The position numbers and the translations under genes are program-made. Positions 8,557-17,121 of a stretch of 64,000 nt of DNA are shown here, piece after piece. Positions within the stretch are counted from its first letter, which is position 1. Every line of letters starts with the position of its first letter. The notes beneath the pieces were generated by a model that was not told where the DNA came from, searched no databases, and worked only from the letters and a program-made list of their open reading frames with translations. Source of the DNA: Candidatus Pacearchaeota archaeon (GTDB taxonomy: Archaea > Nanobdellota > Nanobdellia > Pacearchaeales > GW2011-AR1); NCBI GenBank assembly GCA_041649295.1, contig JBAZNI010000001.1:394991-458990 (forward strand). Direction: 5' to 3'.

Positions 8557-9980
8557 GAATAGCGGGTATTTACAAAACAAATAGAAATGTTGGCTCACAA
8601 TTAGTTAGAACAGGAGAAACTCCTGAAGGAGTTGATAGTGTTGATTGGCCTTTAGGTTTACAAATTATTCTTGGAATAGCAAAACAAGAAGGACATGAAA
8701 TCGACTTATTTTTACCGAATGGTTCGAAAGATAATGGGAGATTAATTCAATTTAATCCAGATATTGTCTTGTATTCTTGCATGACCAATCAGTTTCCATT
8801 TGTATTAGATTTTCATAATGGATTGAGAGGAGTTAAACCTAACTTAGTTTCTGTAATCGGGGGTTATCATCCTTCAGCAAAACCAGATGTAGTTAAAGAT
8901 GGATTTAATTACGCAGTAATTGGAGAAGGAGAACAAACTTTTAGAGAATTACTAAAAGGAATTACTTCAGAAAATAGAGATTTTTCCAATATAAGTGGAA
9001 TTTCTTTTTTAAGAGACGGACAATTAGTAGTCACACCAAGAAGGGAAAGAATTTCTAACTTGGATGATTTGCCAGAGCCGTATATTAATGATAGTCTTTT
9101 AGCTCAGAAGTCTAATTATTTGGGTTATCCTTCTCAAAGGATAAGAGTTAGTGGCTATTCTGAATTTTCAAGAGGATGCACTTTTGATTGTAACTTCTGT
9201 GCTTCACCAAATGTCTTAGGAAGAAAACTTGTTTATAGAAGCCCTGAAAAAGTCGCCAAACATTGGAGAGAACAGTATGAAAAATATGGAATAAATGATT
9301 TGTTTTTAACTGATTTGAATCCAACATTAAATCCTCAAAAATTAGAGAGACTATCGGATGCTTTAATTGAAGAAGGAATTAACGAAACAGTATCTTGGGC
9401 ATTTATGTCGGGTTTTAAGAATATAACTCCTACTCTGCTGAGAAAATTAAGTGAAGGTGGAAGTAAATTCATTTGTTGGGGGCTTGAAAATGTTACTCAA
9501 CCTTCTTGGATTAAAGATGAAACAAGAAAATTGCCTTCTATTGAAGCAATGAGAGAAACTCTTAGTTGTTCAGAAAGTAATGGAATCATGAATGAAGGAT
9601 TTTACATAATTGGTTGGCCTAATGAAACAAGACAAGATTTAGAAAGGGCAATGGAAACACTTCCATTACTACCTTTGCATATGATCAGACCATCAATTTA
9701 TACTCCTCTTCCTGGAGCAGTTAATTTTGACATTGCAGAAAAACAAGGAGTCTTAACAGAAACTAATTTCTCAAAGTATGATACTCAACACTTAGTTTTC
9801 AAACATCCTAATTTTTCACAAGGAGAATTGGAAGGTTTACAAATGGAATTTTTAAAAAGATTTTATAATCATCCAACTTATAAAACAAGAGTAAGTGAAT
9901 TTGTTAGAATTAACCCCCAATATAAAGAATGTTTTGATGATTTTTTGGGAATAATGCAAAAATATCTAAAAAGTGTTTAA
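8553..9980 (+). CDS. B12-binding-domain radical SAM enzyme
   Basis: N-terminal B12-binding-like domain (DIVLYSCMT...VIGGYHPS), then the CxxxCxxC cluster SRGCTFDCNFCAS. Confidence 0.8.
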   Translation: MRIAGIYKTNRNVGSQLVRTGETPEGVDSVDWPLGLQIILGIAKQEGHEIDLFLPNGSKDNGRLIQFNPDIVLYSCMTNQFPFVLDFHNGLRGVKPNLVSVIGGYHPSAKPDVVKDGFNYAVIGEGEQTFRELLKGITSENRDFSNISGISFLRDGQLVVTPRRERISNLDDLPEPYINDSLLAQKSNYLGYPSQRIRVSGYSEFSRGCTFDCNFCASPNVLGRKLVYRSPEKVAKHWREQYEKYGINDLFLTDLNPTLNPQKLERLSDALIEEGINETVSWAFMSGFKNITPTLLRKLSEGGSKFICWGLENVTQPSWIKDETRKLPSIEAMRETLSCSESNGIMNEGFYIIGWPNETRQDLERAMETLPLLPLHMIRPSIYTPLPGAVNFDIAEKQGVLTETNFSKYDTQHLVFKHPNFSQGELEGLQMEFLKRFYNHPTYKTRVSEFVRINPQYKECFDDFLGIMQKYLKSV

Positions 9981-10011
9981 AATAAAAGATATATTCCTTA
10001 TGTAGTTAAAC

Positions 10012-10020
10012 GCCCCCCGA
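10012..10020. repeat. degenerate copy of the tRNA-Arg 3' end
   Basis: gttaaac-gccccccga. An inverted relative, cgggagcgtttaac, lies at 10065..10078. Confidence 0.4.
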
Positions 10021-10144
10021 AACTCATTCATAAAAATTTTACATTCGCTGTGTAAACACCCTTGCGGGAGCGTTTAACCAAATTTGACAGAATTTAGGCT
10101 TGTTTTTACACATAAAGTCGTGCAATTGTTAACCTTAGGTAACA

Positions 10145-10334
10145 TGCCCCCACGAGGATTTGAACCTCGAACAATTCCTCTTCGCTGTTTCTTCCTACTC
10201 CTTAAGGAGAGGTAGTGTTAGGAGACCTAGAGAACATATTTGTTCTCTGGTCCAGAGAAAATTTATTTTCTCTTGGAACCTTGGTTCTCCCACATCCGCA
10301 AGGAATTATTATATCCAAGTTTAACTATAGGAGC
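10145..10334 (-). tRNA. tRNA-Arg (anticodon GCG) with a 116-nt intron at canonical 37/38
   Basis: Exon 1 is 10334..10296: GCTCCTA-TA-GTTA-AACTTGGATA-TAAT-A-ATTCC-TTGCGG. Exon 2 is 10179..10145: A-GGAAT-TGTT-CGAGG-TTCAAAT-CCTCG-TGGGGGC-A. A bulge-helix-bulge motif (the archaeal splice-site structure) is present: 4-bp helix TTGC/GCGA with 3-nt bulges GGA and AGA. Confidence 0.7.
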
Positions 10335-10398
10335 TGATGTTTGTATAATTTTATGTAGTTTTATATAATTTTATAAAATATAATTTATTTAATAAGTT

Positions 10399-11001
10399 AT
10401 GGTTATTAAAAGGAAAAAATTGATTTTAAATACAATTGGGATATTTTTTATAATATTGGGAATTGTGGCAGCAATTAATACTTCTGTTAAAGTTCATCCT
10501 CAGGAATTCTTGTGGTTTTGTTATTTTTCCTTGATCATTCTTGGTGTTGGGGTACTAATTAGAAATTCTTTTATTGTTTCAAGTCAAGTTAATATGCTCG
10601 CAATTCCTGCTGTAATCTGGATAGTAGATTTTGCCTACGTTTTATTTACTAAAAAAAGTTTTTTTGGAATAACTAATTATTTTTTTGAAAGAGGGGACAT
10701 ATTATCAAAGATTATAACTTTACAGCATTTTATAACAGTTCCTTTGGCTATTTTTTGTATTTTTTTGATAGGCTATAAACGAAAAGATTCTTGGAAACTA
10801 AGTTTTGTTTACATCTCTTTAATGTTTTTTATTTCTAGGTTATTTGCTAGTAGCACACGAAATGTTAATTGTGTTTACAAATTCTGTGGGAATATTTCAT
10901 TTAACCCGGTTCTTTACCCTTTTGCATGGTTCGTAATTTTATTTTTAATGGTTATTGCTACTAACCTTATCCTGAATAAATTTCTTATAAAAAAGAGTTA
11001 A
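10399..11001 (+). CDS. hypothetical polytopic membrane protein (200 aa)
   Basis: About six hydrophobic segments. No motif recognised. Confidence 0.55.
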   Translation: MVIKRKKLILNTIGIFFIILGIVAAINTSVKVHPQEFLWFCYFSLIILGVGVLIRNSFIVSSQVNMLAIPAVIWIVDFAYVLFTKKSFFGITNYFFERGDILSKIITLQHFITVPLAIFCIFLIGYKRKDSWKLSFVYISLMFFISRLFASSTRNVNCVYKFCGNISFNPVLYPFAWFVILFLMVIATNLILNKFLIKKS

Positions 11002-11071
11002 TTTTTAACATTCCACTTTCAAGTAGTTCTAAAACTTTAAATACTAATAGGGGTTAAATTAGTTACGAAAT

Positions 11072-11114
11072 ACAACTAGAAGTAAATAAAGAGGGGATAC
11101 ATACAACATATTGT
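11072..11114 (+). promoter_or_regulatory. pair of NrdR-box-like sites upstream of nrdR
   Basis: acaactagaagt (11072..11083) and the palindromic acaacatattgt (11103..11114). The 31-bp phasing matches the spacing recalled for bacterial tandem NrdR boxes. Confidence 0.45.
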
Positions 11115-11142
11115 ATGTACTATTAACTAATAATATTTAAAA

Positions 11143-11577
11143 ATGATATGTCCTTTTTGTCAGAGCGAAGAAACAAAGGTAACAGATAAAAGAGCTTCAA
11201 GCGGAGCAATTAGAAGAAGAAGAGAATGTTTAAAATGCTCTAAGAGATTTACAACTTATGAGAAAATTGAACCAATTGAAAGGTATGTTATAAAAAAAGA
11301 TGGCAGAAGAGAACCCTTCAACAGAGATAAGATATTTTTAGGCATTATAAAATCCTGTGAAAAACGAAATATAAGCCACGAACAAGTTGAACAAATTGTG
11401 TCTGAAATTGAAAATAAAATAATAAAAAAGAACAAAGAAGTTCCAACAGCTAAAATTGGAGAGGCAGTTATGAAAAACTTAAAAAAATTAGATAAGATAG
11501 CTTACATAAGATTTGCATCAGTTTATAGGGATTTTAGAGATATAAACGATTTTACAAAAGAATTGAATTCATTATAA
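11143..11577 (+). CDS. nrdR: transcriptional repressor NrdR (zinc ribbon + ATP-cone)
   Basis: MICPFCQSEETKVTDKR...CLKCSKRFTTYE zinc ribbon, followed by an ATP-cone (KKDGRREPF..KI). Confidence 0.85.
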   Translation: MICPFCQSEETKVTDKRASSGAIRRRRECLKCSKRFTTYEKIEPIERYVIKKDGRREPFNRDKIFLGIIKSCEKRNISHEQVEQIVSEIENKIIKKNKEVPTAKIGEAVMKNLKKLDKIAYIRFASVYRDFRDINDFTKELNSL

Positions 11578-11644
11578 AAATGGTTAATAAAATAAGATTA
11601 TGTAAACAGGAAATTTCCAATACCTTATTTTGTAAAGGAGAACG

Positions 11645-13783
11645 ATGGTAAACAAAATAAGGAAACGTGATGGAAGTGTTGTTGTGTTTCAGGAAGAAAA
11701 AATAAAAGAAGCTATTTGGAAAGCAGTAAAAGCTGTTGGAGGTTCTAATAGAAAAAGAGCAGAAGAATTAGGAGAAATTGTCTGTAACCAGATTAATAAA
11801 AAATATAATGAAAATGGAATTCCAGATGTAGAAGAAGTTCAGGATTTGGTTGAAAAAACATTAATTGAAGAAAAGCATGCAAAAACAGCAAAAGCATATA
11901 TTCTTTATAGAAAAAGCCACGAAGAATTAAGAAATGTAAAAGGGCTGTTTGATACTATAGAAGCTGTTGACGATTATATTGGATTAAATGATTGGATGGT
12001 TAAGGAGAATTCTAATATGGGTTTTTCTTTGCAAGGGTTAAATAATTATATTGCAACTAAAATAGTTTCAAATTACTGGATTAGAAGAGTTTATCCAGAA
12101 GCAATAAGAAAAGCTCATGAAAATGTGGATATTCATATTCATGATTTAGGCACACTTGGAGCTTACTGTGCTGGCTGGGATTTGAAAGATTTGTTATTAA
12201 CTGGATTTAGAGGTGTTCCTGGAAAAGTAGAGTCTAAACCTCCAAAACATTTTAGAACTGCGCTAGGGCAGATGGTTAATTTCTTTTATACGTTACAAGG
12301 AGAAACAGCAGGAGCACAGGCATTTTCAAATTTTGATACTTTATTAGCCCCTTTTGTTAAATATGACCATTTAGAATATGATGAAGTTAAACAGGCAATT
12401 CAGGAATTTTTATTTAACTTATCTGTTCCTACAAGAGTCGGTTTCCAAAGTCCATTTACAAATATCACAATGGATTTGAAAGTTCCAGAATATATGAAAA
12501 ATGAGCCAGTTATAATTGGAGGAAAATCTATGCAGGAAACTTATGGCGAGTTTCAGAAAGAAATGGATATGATTAATATGGCTTTTGCAGAAGGTATGAT
12601 GGAGGGAGATGCAAGTGGGAGAGTTTTTACATTCCCTATACCTACATATAATATAACTTCTGATTTTGACTGGGATAACCCCAACTATAATCTTATCTGG
12701 GAAATGACTGCGAAATATGGAATTCCTTATTTTTCAAATTTTATTAACTCAGATATGAAACCAGAAGATGCAAGAAGTATGTGCTGCAGACTTCGCCTCG
12801 ATCAGACAGAATTAAGAAAAAGAGGAGGAGGATTATTCGGAGCAAATCCTCAAACTGGAAGCATAGGTGTTGTAACTATAAATATGCCAAGATTAGGATT
12901 TACTGCAGTTGATGAACAGGATTTTTTTGCACGTTTAGGAGAGTTAATGGAATTGGCAAAAGAAAGCTTGGAAATAAAAAGAAAATCTCTTGAGAAATTT
13001 ACAGAAATTGGATTATATCCTTATTCTAAATTTTATTTAAGGCATGTTCATAAAAGATTTGGAAATTATTGGAAAAATCATTTTGCAACTATTGGATTAT
13101 TGGGTATGAATGAGGCAATTATGAATTTTATGCCTGGAGAAAATATAGCAACTGCTAAAGGAAATGAATTTGCAATTAAAGTTCTTAAGTTTATGAGGGG
13201 TAGATTAGAAGAATTCCAGAAAGAGACAGGGAATATATATAATCTAGAAGCAACTCCTGGAGAAGGGACAACATATAGGTTTGCAAGAAATGATAAAAAA
13301 AGATTTGGAAGGATAATTGTTGCTAATGAGGAAGCTTTTAAAAATGGAGCTAAACCATATTATACAAACTCGACTCAACTGCCAGTTAATTACACCCCGG
13401 ATTTATTTGAAGCTTTAGAACTTCAGGATAATCTTCAGACGCAATACACTGGAGGAACAGTTTTTCACGCATTTATTGGAGAGAAACTTTCTGGACAAGC
13501 TGTTAAGGTTCTTGTTAAGAAAGTAGCTGAAAAGTTTTCCTTGCCATACTTTACAATAACCCCCACATTTTCAATTTGTCCCATACACGGGTATTTGGCT
13601 GGGGACCATGAGTACTGCCCAAAATGTGATAATGAAAATGGTTTTTCTAATGCAACTGAAAAAGCATCACGAGCTCAGGTAATTGTTGAAGCAATTTATA
13701 ATAATAAAATTGGGGATTCTATTATAGATACCCATCATCAAGATGCAATTGACATTAATTTAAAAAAAGGAGGTGAAATTTAA
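11645..13783 (+). CDS. nrdD: anaerobic (class III) ribonucleotide reductase NrdD, lacking the glycyl-radical segment
   Basis: N-terminal ATP-cone, catalytic finger-loop SMCCRL and C-terminal Zn site CPIHGY...CPKCD. About 50 unrelated residues follow before the TAA at 13781. Confidence 0.85.
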   Translation: MVNKIRKRDGSVVVFQEEKIKEAIWKAVKAVGGSNRKRAEELGEIVCNQINKKYNENGIPDVEEVQDLVEKTLIEEKHAKTAKAYILYRKSHEELRNVKGLFDTIEAVDDYIGLNDWMVKENSNMGFSLQGLNNYIATKIVSNYWIRRVYPEAIRKAHENVDIHIHDLGTLGAYCAGWDLKDLLLTGFRGVPGKVESKPPKHFRTALGQMVNFFYTLQGETAGAQAFSNFDTLLAPFVKYDHLEYDEVKQAIQEFLFNLSVPTRVGFQSPFTNITMDLKVPEYMKNEPVIIGGKSMQETYGEFQKEMDMINMAFAEGMMEGDASGRVFTFPIPTYNITSDFDWDNPNYNLIWEMTAKYGIPYFSNFINSDMKPEDARSMCCRLRLDQTELRKRGGGLFGANPQTGSIGVVTINMPRLGFTAVDEQDFFARLGELMELAKESLEIKRKSLEKFTEIGLYPYSKFYLRHVHKRFGNYWKNHFATIGLLGMNEAIMNFMPGENIATAKGNEFAIKVLKFMRGRLEEFQKETGNIYNLEATPGEGTTYRFARNDKKRFGRIIVANEEAFKNGAKPYYTNSTQLPVNYTPDLFEALELQDNLQTQYTGGTVFHAFIGEKLSGQAVKVLVKKVAEKFSLPYFTITPTFSICPIHGYLAGDHEYCPKCDNENGFSNATEKASRAQVIVEAIYNNKIGDSIIDTHHQDAIDINLKKGGEI

Positions 13784-13918
13784 ATGACAGGTGAAAAAAG
13801 AACAAAATGCGAAAGATTTACCCGTGTGTGCGGTTATTTAAGGCCAGTTGAAATGATGAATGAAGGCAAACAAGCAGAGGTTTCTGATCGTATCATGTTC
13901 AATGTAGCTGAAAAATGA
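13784..13918 (+). CDS. stand-alone 44-aa glycyl-radical peptide (detached NrdD C-terminus)
   Basis: Own translation: MTGEKRTKCERFTRVCGYLRPVEMMNEGKQAEVSDRIMFNVAEK, carrying the RxCGY glycyl-radical motif. The ATG follows the nrdD stop directly (taaATG). A ggaggtga Shine-Dalgarno sits at 13770..13777. The stop overlaps the nrdG start. Confidence 0.7.
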   Translation: MTGEKRTKCERFTRVCGYLRPVEMMNEGKQAEVSDRIMFNVAEK

Positions 13919-14619
13919 TGAAAATCAAGGCTATTCAAAAAACAACTTTAATTGATTACCCTGGAAAAATAGCTTGCACTATATTTATTCATGGGTGTAA
14001 TTTTAAATGTGGTTTCTGCCATAATCCTGAATTAGTTATTTATGAAAAAGAAAAGGACATTAATGAAAATGAAATTTTGACTTTTTTGGAAAAACAAAGA
14101 AAATATTTAGAGGGGGTTTGTATCAGCGGAGGAGAACCCTTAATCTCCTTGAACTCAGAGTTTATAAAAAAAATAAAGTCTATGGGTTATTTGATTAAAA
14201 TTGATACAAATGGGAGCTATCCTGATAAATTAAGCGAATTAATCTCTAAAAATTTAGTTGATTATATTGCTATGGATATAAAATCAAGCAGAGAAAATTA
14301 TCCCAAGCTTGTTAATTCTAGGGTGAATTTAAATAAAATTGAAGAAAGTATTAAAATAATTTCCTCTCTTCCTGATTATGAATTTCGGACTACAATTATT
14401 GAAGAAATTCACAGCAAAGAGGAAGTCGAAAAAATAATTAAATGGGTCAGTGAATTTGCAGGTAAAAAAATAAAAAGGTTCGTTTTTCAGGGTTTTAAGA
14501 AACAACATAAAATAATTGATGATAAATTTAAAAATTACAAAGATACTAATGAAGAGTATCTATATAAATTAAAAGGAATAGCTCAAGAATACTGCAATGA
14601 GGTAATTATTAAAGCATGA
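13915..14619 (+). CDS. nrdG: anaerobic RNR activating enzyme (radical SAM)
   Basis: CNFKCGFCHN (CxxxCxxC) near the N-terminus, GGEPL motif, and operon position after nrdD. Confidence 0.85.
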   Translation: MMKIKAIQKTTLIDYPGKIACTIFIHGCNFKCGFCHNPELVIYEKEKDINENEILTFLEKQRKYLEGVCISGGEPLISLNSEFIKKIKSMGYLIKIDTNGSYPDKLSELISKNLVDYIAMDIKSSRENYPKLVNSRVNLNKIEESIKIISSLPDYEFRTTIIEEIHSKEEVEKIIKWVSEFAGKKIKRFVFQGFKKQHKIIDDKFKNYKDTNEEYLYKLKGIAQEYCNEVIIKA

Positions 14620-15317
14620 AAAAAATATGTATTGTCGGAAAGGATATGGAAAATTCAAAAAAACTTAAAGAGCATCTGTTAAAGCTGGGATTTGAATACT
14701 CTGAAGAAAATCCATCACTGGTTATTGCATATGGAGGAGATGGGACTCTGCTTATTGCTGAAAGGCAGTTTCCTGGTGTGCTTAAAATTCTTGTAAAAGA
14801 CAGCAATACATCAAGTAAAGCATGCAATTTGCATATTGAAGATATTATAAAAAAATATCTTGCCCATGATTATGAAATTGAAATTATAAATAAATTAAAG
14901 GCAATTGCAAATTTATCTTCAAAAACAAGGGAATTAACAGGAATGAATGATATTGTTATAAGAAATACTCTGCCAACAGAGGCAGTCAGATTCGAAAGTT
15001 TCATTAACAATAAACTAATTGGAGAATTTATTGGAGATGGGGTTGTAATCGCAACTCCTTATGGAAGCACAGCTTATTTCCATAGTATTACAAGAAAAAA
15101 CATTTGTAATGGTATAGGGATTGCATTTAATAATATAACTGCTGAAAAACCGCTGTTAAATTTAGAGAATAAAGAGAGAATCAAATTTAAAATATTAAGG
15201 GGCCCTGCTGTGCTGGTTGCAGACAATAACAGGGATTTTATTAATCTTGAAAAAGGGGACGAAGTGGAAATTTTTCAAGGTGATGAATTTGCAAAAATAA
15301 TCAGATTTAGGCAATGA
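14616..15317 (+). CDS. nadK: NAD kinase
   Basis: YGGDGTLL motif, later NDIV and TPYGSTAY motifs. Confidence 0.8.
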   Translation: MKKICIVGKDMENSKKLKEHLLKLGFEYSEENPSLVIAYGGDGTLLIAERQFPGVLKILVKDSNTSSKACNLHIEDIIKKYLAHDYEIEIINKLKAIANLSSKTRELTGMNDIVIRNTLPTEAVRFESFINNKLIGEFIGDGVVIATPYGSTAYFHSITRKNICNGIGIAFNNITAEKPLLNLENKERIKFKILRGPAVLVADNNRDFINLEKGDEVEIFQGDEFAKIIRFRQ

Positions 15318-15365
15318 TTTAAATAAATTAAATGTCTAAAGATTAAAGCAAGCAGGTTAAAATAT

Positions 15366-15797
15366 ATGGTAAAAATAAAACTTAAACGAATTAATAATGA
15401 TGCAGTAACCCCTTTCTATGCAAAAGAAGGGGATGCAGGACTGGATTTATTTTCTGTAAGTGAGCATATATTAAAGCCAGGAGAAAGATGCCTTGTAAAA
15501 ACAGGATTAAGTTTTGAAATACCAAGGGGCTATGAAATTCAAATTCGCCCAAGAAGTGGATTAGCTTTAAAAAATGGAATTTCTCTTGTAAATTCTCCAG
15601 GGACAGTTGATTCAGGTTATAGGGGGGAAATCTGCATTATTGTAATAAATCATGGAAATGAAAATTTTGAAATCAATAAAGGCGACAAAATAGCACAGGC
15701 TGTTTTAAATAAATTTGAAAATGCAGAAATCGAAGAAGTTGAATGTCTTGAAGGAAGTTTAAGAGGTGAAGATGGTTTTGGAAGTACAGGAAATTAA
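15366..15797 (+). CDS. dut: trimeric dUTPase
   Basis: Motifs AGLDL, RPRSG, GTVDSGYRGE, KIAQ and C-terminal RGEDGFGSTG. Confidence 0.9.
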   Translation: MVKIKLKRINNDAVTPFYAKEGDAGLDLFSVSEHILKPGERCLVKTGLSFEIPRGYEIQIRPRSGLALKNGISLVNSPGTVDSGYRGEICIIVINHGNENFEINKGDKIAQAVLNKFENAEIEEVECLEGSLRGEDGFGSTGN

Positions 15798-15854
15798 TAA
15801 ATATATATTTTAACTTATAATATTATTTATAAATAAACAGAGTTTTTTATTTTA

Positions 15855-17120
15855 ATGAATAACAAATGCATCAAGTTAACAGGAATGTTATTGCCAGTTA
15901 ATGGAGATGATCCTGAAGCATTCGCTACATCAGGAGCAAGAGGATGTTTTAGTGAAAAACCCTCATTTAAAATTCAGGAAGATGAAGAGAAAAGAGAGGA
16001 TTACAATCAAAGAAAAGAGTTAATCTTCAGAGAAACATCTGGAAGAGGTCATGGAGCTGTTTTAGACCAGTCTGCTTTTTTATTTTCAGCTGATAATTTA
16101 AGCAGGGCATCAACTTTATTTTTGTGTGCTCCGCAATACGCTTCTCACTTGCAGCAGTCATTAAGAAGAGCAACTGCTGAGAGAGGATTTGTAAATGCTG
16201 ACAAAGATGCGGATAAATTAATGAGCCATCAATTTAGGCTATATGAAAAAATGTTGGAAGGAGGTATTCCTCCTGAAGATGCAAGGTTTATACTTCCTTT
16301 AGGTACAAAAACAGCAATACAAACAAAATTAGATGCAAGAGAATTAATACACCTTTATTCAATGTCTAAAAGAGCAAACGCCCCTGATGAAGTAAAAGAT
16401 ACTGTCAGGGAAATGTATCGTTTGGCACAGGAAGTAGCTCCAAGAATGATGGAAGATAGAGAAAATAGTATGGAAGTCTTGTCGTGGTTGCCCGCACCCC
16501 AATTATTTGCATTAGATAATAAAACAATCGAAAATTTAGTAAGATCTGCACAAGATAAAGTTACACTTTTGGGGTCTGAAACAATACTTATAGATAAGGA
16601 TGAAATAGAACAAGCTATTAAAAAAAGAAATGAAGCATTACTATCATGTTTAAAACATGTTCATTTTACATATTTAGCTCCAATGTCTATTGCAACATTT
16701 CATCAGGCAACAAGACAGAGAACATGGGACCAAAGTGTTCAGGCTATTCCAAATGCAGTTCGCAAAAGACAATATGTTACTCCTCCAACTATCTCTGAAA
16801 CTAGATTTAAAACTCCTTATTCTTCCTTATTAAATGATTCTTTTGATTATGCTAATGCAAACACCCACCCAAATTCTTTTTTAGCATTGCCTCATGCATT
16901 AGAAGTTTATGATATAATCCATATAAACGGGTGGAATGCTATTCATTCTATTGCAAAAAGAACATGCGCAAAAGCTCAATGGGAAATAAGAGATATTGCC
17001 TGCAAAATGGCTGATGAAATTAAAAAAGTTTATCCTGAATTGGGAGAGTTTATAGGGCCTCAATGTGAAGTTTATAGCAGATGTCCTGAAAGCAACCCAT
17101 GTAAAACAGATTTTAGATAA
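15855..17120 (+). CDS. ThyX-like protein, apparent tandem (pseudo-dimeric) ThyX fold with degenerate signature motifs
   Basis: GRGHGAVLDQSAFLF..LSRAST resembles the ThyX GHxSvlEH..ftf..SR motif. The first repeat has ...ASHLQQSLRR and the second ATRQRTWDQSVQ in place of RHR..S..QxSxRY. At 421 aa it is about twice a normal ThyX. Confidence 0.5.
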   Translation: MNNKCIKLTGMLLPVNGDDPEAFATSGARGCFSEKPSFKIQEDEEKREDYNQRKELIFRETSGRGHGAVLDQSAFLFSADNLSRASTLFLCAPQYASHLQQSLRRATAERGFVNADKDADKLMSHQFRLYEKMLEGGIPPEDARFILPLGTKTAIQTKLDARELIHLYSMSKRANAPDEVKDTVREMYRLAQEVAPRMMEDRENSMEVLSWLPAPQLFALDNKTIENLVRSAQDKVTLLGSETILIDKDEIEQAIKKRNEALLSCLKHVHFTYLAPMSIATFHQATRQRTWDQSVQAIPNAVRKRQYVTPPTISETRFKTPYSSLLNDSFDYANANTHPNSFLALPHALEVYDIIHINGWNAIHSIAKRTCAKAQWEIRDIACKMADEIKKVYPELGEFIGPQCEVYSRCPESNPCKTDFR

Positions 17121-17121
17121 T

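Larger units (their letters stand above)
7117..10145. mobile_element. ~3-kb cassette with inverted-repeat ends, flanked by 11-bp direct repeats of the tRNA-Arg 3' end; no integrase or transposase
   Basis: Left end atgttaaaccttaggttaa (7117..7135). The right end ttaaccttaggtaacat (10129..10145) is approximately its reverse complement. Direct repeats gcccccacgag lie at 7106..7116 and 10146..10156. Confidence 0.5.
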
